A DNA stretch of 64,000 bases from a virus. Lineage: Duplodnaviria > Caudoviricetes. The stretch lies in IMG/VR virus record IMGVR_UViG_3300046648_000377, positions 330 to 64,329 of that record. The stretch is one strand, 5' to 3'. Both the position numbers and the translations under genes were made by a program. The notes beneath the pieces were generated by a model that made no database searches, was not told the DNA's origin, and worked only from the letters and a program-made list of their open reading frames with translations. Of the stretch, positions 57,284-64,000 are shown piece after piece. Each line of letters opens with the position of its first letter. The first letter of the stretch is position 1.

Positions 57284-57570
57284 TCGCCCTGCTTCTCGCC
57301 ACCGGCCTTGCCGGATCGCCTGCTCCCGCTCCGGCCGCACGTGCGTGGTGCGGCCACTTGGCTCACAGCGCCAGCACGATCGAAGAGGCCCGCTTGTCCG
57401 GGATCCCGCGCCTGAAGGTTGTCCTCGGAGCCACGCTCATTGCCGACGCCCGCGAGCGCTCCGCGCAGTACGAACTCATCAGCCTGGTTTACGACGGCAA
57501 TGCCGGCGGCCAGGCGTCGCCCGCCGAAGTCGCGGGCATCACCTACACCGCTTGCATGCGAGGAGCCTGA
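57280..57570 (+). CDS. small secreted protein
   Basis: GTGA overlap, signal-like N-terminus, two Cys. Confidence 0.55.
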   Translation: MIALLLATGLAGSPAPAPAARAWCGHLAHSASTIEEARLSGIPRLKVVLGATLIADARERSAQYELISLVYDGNAGGQASPAEVAGITYTACMRGA

Positions 57571-57572
57571 CC

Positions 57573-58037
57573 ATGACCGTGCTCGACATCCTTGAACAGA
57601 AATGCCGCGTCTGCGGCTGCACCGAAATGCGGGCCTGCAAGGGCGGATGTCACTGGGTCACACCCGATCTCTGCAGCGCCTGCCAGGTCGACGAAGGCGA
57701 TGCCCTCGTCTTCGTCGAAAATAACGCCGGCGCTATGCGCATCGCCCGTGAGCGCCTGCGCCAGCTCGCCGAAGAGAACTACACGGTCGAGGGGGACCTT
57801 TCATACGTCACCGGCGAGCTGGCAGCAGCTGCGTGCTGCTACGCCATGCCCATGTATCTGCGCGAAATGGACGGCTTGAACATGTGGCTGCTATGGCCTT
57901 GGGGATCGGCCAGCTGGAAGCCCGCGCCTTCGCCCGTGACAACGGAGGGCCGCCTCCGCGAGCTTGCGAAGGCCGGCGCTCTTATCGCGGCCGAAATCGA
58001 TCGCTTGCTCGCCGCGGAGCCATCCCATGACGAGTGA
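57573..58037 (+). CDS. Zn-finger + MazG-like helical domain protein
   Basis: CRVCGCTE.RAC.GGC.WV..DLCSAC; ERLRQ..GELAAAACCY..WPW..WKP..KAGALIAAEIDR. Confidence 0.7.
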   Translation: MTVLDILEQKCRVCGCTEMRACKGGCHWVTPDLCSACQVDEGDALVFVENNAGAMRIARERLRQLAEENYTVEGDLSYVTGELAAAACCYAMPMYLREMDGLNMWLLWPWGSASWKPAPSPVTTEGRLRELAKAGALIAAEIDRLLAAEPSHDE

Positions 58038-58437
58038 AGAGAAGCTCTTCGACCCGGCCCGTATGCCAGCGCGCGACGACGAGGGCAAGGCCTGGCACCC
58101 AGACTTCGACGACCGCTGGGAGCACCCCGTTTTCGGGGAAGAGTACGTCTGCACGCTGAAGCTCGCACAGGCCGGATTCGCCTTCGCCTTCCATCACATG
58201 GATCCAAACGACGCGGACTTTGACAGGGCCTGCGAGAACAGCGACTTCTCGATGTGGACGCCGCGCGATATGTCGGCCGAGGGCTGGTGGATCGTCGGCA
58301 TCGGCGACACCGAGGACGGTCCTTGCGCCTGGTACGTCCGTCCGGTCGAGGGCGAGGCCCAAGCCGCGCTTATCGCCAGGGAGCGCGAAGCGCTCGACAA
58401 GCTGCAGGACCCGCGCTCCAACACGGGGCATCACTGA
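58027..58437 (+). CDS. hypothetical protein
   Basis: WHPD..W.P..GWWIVGIGDTEDGP small phage family. Confidence 0.7.
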   Translation: MTSEEKLFDPARMPARDDEGKAWHPDFDDRWEHPVFGEEYVCTLKLAQAGFAFAFHHMDPNDADFDRACENSDFSMWTPRDMSAEGWWIVGIGDTEDGPCAWYVRPVEGEAQAALIAREREALDKLQDPRSNTGHH

Positions 58438-58439
58438 CT

Positions 58440-59341
58440 ATGGATACCTCGATCATGCCCATCAAATCGTTCCAGATCGGCGTCTCCCAGTGGCTGATTG
58501 ACTGCCTCGGCGTCGACTGCGCCATGGATACGCACGAGCGGAATCACCGCTTTCTCGAAGAGGCCCTCGAACTCGTGCAGTCAAAGGGCTGCACCGCGTC
58601 CGAAGCGCACCAGCTCGTCGACTACGTATTCAACCGGCCTGTCGGTGAGCCGTCCAGGAAGTGGGTGGCGTCATGGTCACCCTCGCCGCCCTCTGCACTG
58701 CCGCGGACATCGACCTGGCTACCTCCGCCGACGACGAACTGCGCCGGATCTGGACGAAGGTCCCCGAGATTCGCGCCAAGCATGCCGCCAAGCCGAAGCA
58801 CTCCCCGCTGCCGGATACCGCCACCAATGACTGGGGCCGTCAGGACATGCGCAAGGCTTTCCAGGGACTGGCGCGTGCCACCCCGTCCGGCGCGAAGGTC
58901 ATGGGCGTTGATTGGGCTGATGGCGTTGACACGACCGTTTACGGCCGCGTCGACAGTAAGGGAATCACCTATATCGACGCGATCGAACAGGTGGTCTGGC
59001 AGCCGATGACAACCGCTCCCCGCGACGGCAGCGTGGTCATCCTGCGCTGGGGCGATGATGGTGAAACTGTCGCCTGGTACGTCGCCGACTCAGAGTTTCC
59101 CTGGGGCTTCGTCGACACGGGTTCATCGGCGAACGAGGCCGGCTACTTCATCAACCATGCGAAGGACGCCCCGGAGGGTGCGACACACTGGCGTCCGTTC
59201 ACCCGCGACACCAGCCGCCTTCTGGCGATCTCGCGCGGCATCGGTCTGCGCGAAGTCATGCACGGCATTCGCGCTACCGAAGCCAGGCAGCTTCTCGCAG
59301 CGTTCTTCTACGTTGCTTATCGGGAGGAGATCAGTGGCTGA
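58440..59341 (+). pseudogene. MazG-like + DUF551-like protein with 1-nt frameshift
   Basis: ERNHRFLEEALELVQ..RPVGEP continues as QEVGGVMVTLAALC in another frame at ~58654. Confidence 0.75.
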
Positions 59342-59561
59342 GTACACCGCCCGCTGTGCCGCCCGAGACACCCGTCGCGCTATCGCGCGAGCCGAGAAAG
59401 CGCTCGAGCAGCTGCGCAACTGCGCCGTTCACTGGGCCGACCTCGATCACTCATTCGAAAGCGACGTCGGCAGCATCGAAGTGCCGCAGGACATCGTTCG
59501 CCTAAAGGAAGACCTCGATGAGGTGTACCCAACTCGGGCGAAGGGACGGATGTCCCAATAA
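59334..59561 (+). CDS. hypothetical protein
   Basis: GGAGG RBS, GTG start. Confidence 0.55.
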   Translation: MAEYTARCAARDTRRAIARAEKALEQLRNCAVHWADLDHSFESDVGSIEVPQDIVRLKEDLDEVYPTRAKGRMSQ

Positions 59562-59767
59562 TGGACACGAAAACCGAGGAAATGAGCCCATTCGCCGACT
59601 GGATGCAGGCCTGCGGCCTCCCCACGATCAATGCGGCCGCCAACGCGCTTGGCGTCCACCGCCACACAGCCGAGAGGATGCACAAGCGCGAACTCACGAA
59701 GTTCGAGCGCCTCGCCATGGCAGCCGCCTATCACCGCATCAAGCCTTTCGACAGGACTTCGGCATGA
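59561..59767 (+). CDS. small HTH protein
   Basis: INAAANALGVHRHTAERM. Confidence 0.65.
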   Translation: MDTKTEEMSPFADWMQACGLPTINAAANALGVHRHTAERMHKRELTKFERLAMAAAYHRIKPFDRTSA

Positions 59768-59946
59768 ATTCCCGCCAGCGTCGCATTGCACTTCGCCGCG
59801 CCGTGCTCAAGAACGAGACGGCTCTCAATCGCAAGCTAGACCGCGAGGAGATCACGCTCACCGAGAAAGGTTGGTGGGATCTCCGTCCTCGATGCGCTGG
59901 CATCACCACCGTCGCGCGCCGTCGCCACACCCGGGGTCACCGCTGA
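59764..59946 (+). CDS. hypothetical basic protein
   Basis: ATGA overlap. Confidence 0.45.
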   Translation: MNSRQRRIALRRAVLKNETALNRKLDREEITLTEKGWWDLRPRCAGITTVARRRHTRGHR

Positions 59947-61001
59947 TGAACGAAGACCTCCTCCGCCGCGCCCTGCAAGCCTTCCACCGCGGCTACGCCG
60001 GCGAGCCGGGCACCTTGCGGCCACGACAGGCCGGCAAGACAGCTGCCGGCGTTCAGGCTGTTATCGAGCTACTCGCTAGGGAAGCGCTCCCGTTCCCGAG
60101 AGAGCCCTCAGATGCGATGGAATGGGCGTTCCACAACGGGGTGCCCGTAAACGCCCGCAAGAACTTCTTGAACCGATACCGCGCGATGCGCGCAGCCGCG
60201 GTGCACGAACTTGCCGCCCCGCCTGCGCCGCAAGCCGACGTGTGCAGCTGCCCGGAACATGGAAGCTGGTACCACGCCGAAGACATCGACCGGATGGTGA
60301 AGGAGATCTCCGACGCCCTCGGTTCTACGGCGACCCATCCGAAGCTCTGCGACATCGTCGTCGATACGGTTCGGGCCATTGGCGCCAGGGCCATTCATTC
60401 GGAGCAGGTGCAGGACGTGACCGATGAGCTCGTAGAGGTTGCCTGCCGCGCGTACTACAACTGTGGCGTGCGCGTCCGGTCGCCCGTGTTCGAAGGCATG
60501 CGTGCTGCGCTGCTTGCTGCCCTCGCCTATCTAGGTCGCCCGGGTAGCGCCTGGACGTGCTTCCACTGTGGCGAGACCTTCACCGAGCGGAACACCGCAG
60601 CGCTGCACTTTGGCACGCACGAATCGCAACAGCCTGCGTGCACGATCGACATCGTCGCGTTCCGCCAGTTGGAGGCGAGAAAGGATCGCTACGCTGAAGA
60701 GGATGCGGATATCCACCGCCAGATGCACCGCATGGGATGCGATCACCAACTCGCCCTGCGCCGGGCCGAGGAAGCTGGGTACGCAAGGGCTCTAAAAGAC
60801 ACCGGTTACGCGGCCCCCACGGGCGTGCCGGATGGGTGGCTGACTGATCCCGATAGCATCCCCAAGGCGGTCATCGACGCGTGCCGGGATGCGATCATTA
60901 TGGAGTTCGGAAACAACGGAACCGACGGCTACTACAAGCGCATCCTCGCGAAGGTCTTCGCGGCAACGGTCGTCGCCGCATCGGAGGTGCCCTGTGCCTG
61001 A
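59946..61001 (+). CDS. mosaic hypothetical protein (WTCFHCGE..HFG Zn module)
   Basis: TGATG overlap; several small phage modules. Confidence 0.65.
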   Translation: MNEDLLRRALQAFHRGYAGEPGTLRPRQAGKTAAGVQAVIELLAREALPFPREPSDAMEWAFHNGVPVNARKNFLNRYRAMRAAAVHELAAPPAPQADVCSCPEHGSWYHAEDIDRMVKEISDALGSTATHPKLCDIVVDTVRAIGARAIHSEQVQDVTDELVEVACRAYYNCGVRVRSPVFEGMRAALLAALAYLGRPGSAWTCFHCGETFTERNTAALHFGTHESQQPACTIDIVAFRQLEARKDRYAEEDADIHRQMHRMGCDHQLALRRAEEAGYARALKDTGYAAPTGVPDGWLTDPDSIPKAVIDACRDAIIMEFGNNGTDGYYKRILAKVFAATVVAASEVPCA

Positions 61002-61155
61002 TTCCTTCGTCAAGACCAAGGCCCTGGCCGACCCGAGCTACAACCCCTACTGCCTCCGCCACGCCGCTTGCGGTCGCATGGAGAAGGTCGAGCACCTCTT
61101 CTGGCGCTGCCCACGCTGCGGGGCTGAACATGACGAGCGAGAAGATCATGCATGA
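60994..61155 (+). CDS. Zn-ribbon hypothetical protein
   Basis: PYCL..C.RM..CPRCGA.HD; GGAGG RBS. Confidence 0.55.
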   Translation: MPDSFVKTKALADPSYNPYCLRHAACGRMEKVEHLFWRCPRCGAEHDEREDHA

Positions 61156-61384
61156 CGCCAACGTCGCTGACGCGACCGCCTTCGTTCGGCACTTCATGGT
61201 CGTCGAGTACGCACGTTCGTTCCGCCGGCAGGTGACGACCCACGACCTAATCGCCCGATTTGGGTGCTCCCGCGCCTCGGCCTATCGCTACATCCACGCC
61301 CTCCGCGACCTGGGCGTGCTCGGCCAGAACAACTGGCCCGTCCGCCCCACCCCCGCCAGATCTCAGACCCTTGAGCATTGCTGA
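61148..61384 (+). CDS. small HTH protein
   Basis: LIARFGCSRASAYRYI. Confidence 0.65.
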   Translation: MHDANVADATAFVRHFMVVEYARSFRRQVTTHDLIARFGCSRASAYRYIHALRDLGVLGQNNWPVRPTPARSQTLEHC

Positions 61385-61397
61385 GCATTTCCTCCCA

Positions 61398-61613
61398 GTG
61401 ATAAATGGCTGCCTCACAACCGAAGAACTGCAGTCTTGGAGCGGCTACGACCGCCCAGCGGACCTGCGCCACTGGCTTGATCAGCAGGGCATTCGGTACT
61501 TCCGTGGGAAAGGAGGCAAGCCGTGCACGACGATGGCGCTGGTAAACGCGGCCGCAGGCCTGGCACTGACCGTGGGCGAGCAGCCGACGATGCTCGGCGC
61601 GGACGACCTCTAG
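61398..61613 (+). CDS. DUF4224 excisionase-like protein
   Basis: LTTEELQSWSGY..WL.QQGIRYF.G..GKP.TT directly before the integrase; start uncertain. Confidence 0.75.
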   Translation: MINGCLTTEELQSWSGYDRPADLRHWLDQQGIRYFRGKGGKPCTTMALVNAAAGLALTVGEQPTMLGADDL

Positions 61614-62725
61614 TGGGTCGGGGACGGCCGCGCCAGCGGGACCTGACGATCCCTGCCCACATCGACCAGCTCAGCATCCCCCGCGGGGTGTACTGGAAGG
61701 CGAAGGATCGTGTCTGGTACACGCTGGTGAGCCAGGGCGAGGGCAAGCAGTCCTGGAAGCGGCTCGGTGGTCCGGAGGCGACCCTCGCGGATCTACAGGC
61801 GAGCCTCGAGGCTACGCGTGGCGTCGATCGCGCGAGCCTCGGCTGGTTGTGCGACGAGTTCCACGGCAGCGACCAATTCAAGCGTCTGGCCGAGAAGACC
61901 CGCGAGGACTATGACGCCCAGCGGAAGATCATCGCTACGTACCAGACGAAGCGGGGCATGCTGCAGGACCTCCCTTATGCCTCGCTCACGCCTGTCTTCG
62001 TTCAGAAGCTGATCGACACCATCGGCTCGGAATACCCTTCGAAAGCGAACCATGTCCTGCGCTACGTGCGTCGGGTCTACTCCTGGGGTCGGACGCGACG
62101 GGGATGCAAAACGAACCCGGCCAAGGGCGTCGAGCAGGCAGTCGAGCGTAAGCAACAGCGGCTACCGAAGGAGCACGCCTACATGGCGTTGCTCAACCAT
62201 GCGAAGGCGAATTACCCGGCGTACCTGTGGATCGCGACGGAACTCGCCTTCCTAATGCGACTGCGTGGTATCGAGACGGTCACGCTCGACGACACGTACG
62301 TCCTCGAGGAGGGCATGCTCACCAACCGCAGGAAGGGATCGGCAGACAGCGTGATCGAGTGGTCGCCCCGGCTTCGCGAGGCGGTGCGTGCCGCCGGTGC
62401 CGAGCGCTCGCGGATCTGGTCGAAGAAGAAGATGCCGACGCCGCTGGACCCGCGCCAGCGTCCGATCCTCGTCAACATCCATGGGAAACCGGTGAGCCGG
62501 CACACGCTCAGCACCCTGTGGCAGACGTGCATCAAGGACGCGATCCAGAAGGGGCTTATCTCCCCGGACGACCGTTTCGCGATCCACGACGCGAAGCGCA
62601 AGGGCGTGACGGAAACCGTCGGCGACAAAGCGGCCAAGAAGGCAGGCAGCGGCCACAAGTCCGATTCGATGCTGGGCGTCTACGACAAGAGCATTCCCCG
62701 CGTCAGTACCCCAGGGAGCGTCTGA
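61613..62725 (+). CDS. int: tyrosine integrase
   Basis: LMRLRGIE (R), RRKGS (K), HDAKRK, GHKS..VY; adjacent to att. Confidence 0.92.
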   Translation: MGRGRPRQRDLTIPAHIDQLSIPRGVYWKAKDRVWYTLVSQGEGKQSWKRLGGPEATLADLQASLEATRGVDRASLGWLCDEFHGSDQFKRLAEKTREDYDAQRKIIATYQTKRGMLQDLPYASLTPVFVQKLIDTIGSEYPSKANHVLRYVRRVYSWGRTRRGCKTNPAKGVEQAVERKQQRLPKEHAYMALLNHAKANYPAYLWIATELAFLMRLRGIETVTLDDTYVLEEGMLTNRRKGSADSVIEWSPRLREAVRAAGAERSRIWSKKKMPTPLDPRQRPILVNIHGKPVSRHTLSTLWQTCIKDAIQKGLISPDDRFAIHDAKRKGVTETVGDKAAKKAGSGHKSDSMLGVYDKSIPRVSTPGSV

Positions 62726-62997
62726 TGGAACAGTTCCAGGTGCAGCTACTCGCGCGCGAAGCCGGTTTCGTCGTCGAGCGATCGCCGGCATTACCCCAGC
62801 CGTGGATCACCGGTCTTGGCACTACTGATACGAACATCGCCGCCATGCTCGTGCGCTTCGCCGAGCTCGTCGCAGAGGCCGAACGCCAGGCGTGCGTGCG
62901 CGCCTGCAGGAGCGTCATGGCGTACGACGAAGAGGACCCCGCGCATGCATTCATTGCCGCGCTGAGTGACCGAAATGCGCTGGGAATTTTAGGGTGA
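62725..62997 (+). CDS. hypothetical protein
   Basis: TGATG overlap; LAREAGF..RFAELVAEAERQAC. Confidence 0.6.
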   Translation: MEQFQVQLLAREAGFVVERSPALPQPWITGLGTTDTNIAAMLVRFAELVAEAERQACVRACRSVMAYDEEDPAHAFIAALSDRNALGILG

Positions 62998-63006
62998 ATT
63001 TTAGGG
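62984..63006. promoter_or_regulatory. putative integrase arm-type sites (GAATTTTAGGG x2)
   Basis: Tandem 11-mers at 62984-62994 and 62996-63006. Confidence 0.6.
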
Positions 63007-63010
63007 AAGC

Positions 63011-63152
<142 letters not shown>

Positions 63153-63295
63153 GGGAACGGTCGACGGCAGGGCTTTCGCTCTGCCGGGCCAGCAATGATA
63201 GTGGGTCTCTCCTGCCGTGACAACAGACTTTTGATGGGGCATCCTCTCTGTGCATTCCGGCGCCGTGGCGCCCTTTCCCAGCACCTAAGGCACCC

Positions 63296-64000
63296 ATGAT
63301 CGAGTTCGGACACGGCACGCATACCGGCCTCCGCCGCACGCGTAACGAGGACACTTATTACGCCGACGCCGGGCTCGGGTTGTTCCTGGTCGTGGACGGC
63401 ATGGGCGGGCACAAGCACGGCGAGGTGGCCTCGGCCACGGCGCGCGACGGTGTGGTGGCCCAGGTCACCGCCGGCCAGTCGCTAGTGGATGCGATCCAGC
63501 GGGTGAACGAGGCGCTGATTGCCCGTTCCAGCGGCCTCTCCGAATCCCGGCCCATGGGCACGACCATCGCCGCCGTGCGCCTGGTCGGGCGCTCCTACGA
63601 GGCGGCCTGGGTCGGTGACAGTCGCATCTATATCTGGGACGGCGAGCTCAAGCGCCTCTCGCACGACCACTCCATCGTGGAAGCCCTGGTCGAGGCCGGT
63701 GAGCTGACCGAGGCGCAGGCGCGCACTCATCCGCAGCGCAGCGTGCTGACGCAGGCCCTGGGCATCACCTCGCCAGACCAGCTCCACATCGGTCTTGCCA
63801 AGGGCGAGCTGTCGTTCGGTGCACGGCTGCTGCTATGCACGGACGGTCTCACCGATGAAGTGGACGACGAGCGCATCGGCGCGATCGTCTCGCGGACGGA
63901 CATCGCCGCGCAGGAAGGCGTCGATCACCTCCTGCTCGAAGCACTCTCGGGCAGCGCACGCGACAACATCACAGCAATCTTGTTGCGCGCAGCGGCCTGA
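63296..64000 (+). CDS. PP2C-family Ser/Thr protein phosphatase (host)
   Basis: RTRNED, DGMGGH, GTT, VGDSR, CTDGL, DNIT. Confidence 0.93.
   Translation: MIEFGHGTHTGLRRTRNEDTYYADAGLGLFLVVDGMGGHKHGEVASATARDGVVAQVTAGQSLVDAIQRVNEALIARSSGLSESRPMGTTIAAVRLVGRSYEAAWVGDSRIYIWDGELKRLSHDHSIVEALVEAGELTEAQARTHPQRSVLTQALGITSPDQLHIGLAKGELSFGARLLLCTDGLTDEVDDERIGAIVSRTDIAAQEGVDHLLLEALSGSARDNITAILLRAAA

Overview
Almost the whole window (959-63122, a 62,052-bp unit between 112-bp direct repeats) is an apparently complete temperate prophage integrated at the 3' end of a tRNA-Ser(CGA) gene in a GC-rich host. The flanking PP2C phosphatase/tRNA-Ser arrangement suggests Xanthomonadales/Rhodanobacteraceae (inference). 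Control region (lambdoid): cI/cro/cII-like genes, O/P-like replication genes, and a Q-like gene with a pR'/tR'-like late promoter. Late operon (minus strand): lysis cassette, terminase, portal, DUF4043/N4-gp56-type capsid, podovirus-like tail and ejection genes, and a ~3065-aa PLxRFG polyvalent protein. Early operon (plus strand): ends in a DUF4224 excisionase-like gene and a tyrosine integrase. Most notable signals: (1) a divergent CsrA/RsmA-fold gene just upstream of the capsid gene, plus a repeated C-AUGA-G tetraloop hairpin in the leaders of four late genes that can alternatively pair over their start codons, a candidate phage translational switch; (2) a repressor lacking the Ser/Lys autocleavage dyad, followed in the rexAB slot by a MASE1 pseudo-histidine-kinase and an operator-linked secreted protein; (3) a three-domain candidate nucleotide-signal sponge; (4) early-operon mimics of two adjacent virion-module proteins; (5) a duplicated structured ncRNA with covariation. 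All family names come from motif recognition by eye; no searches were run.
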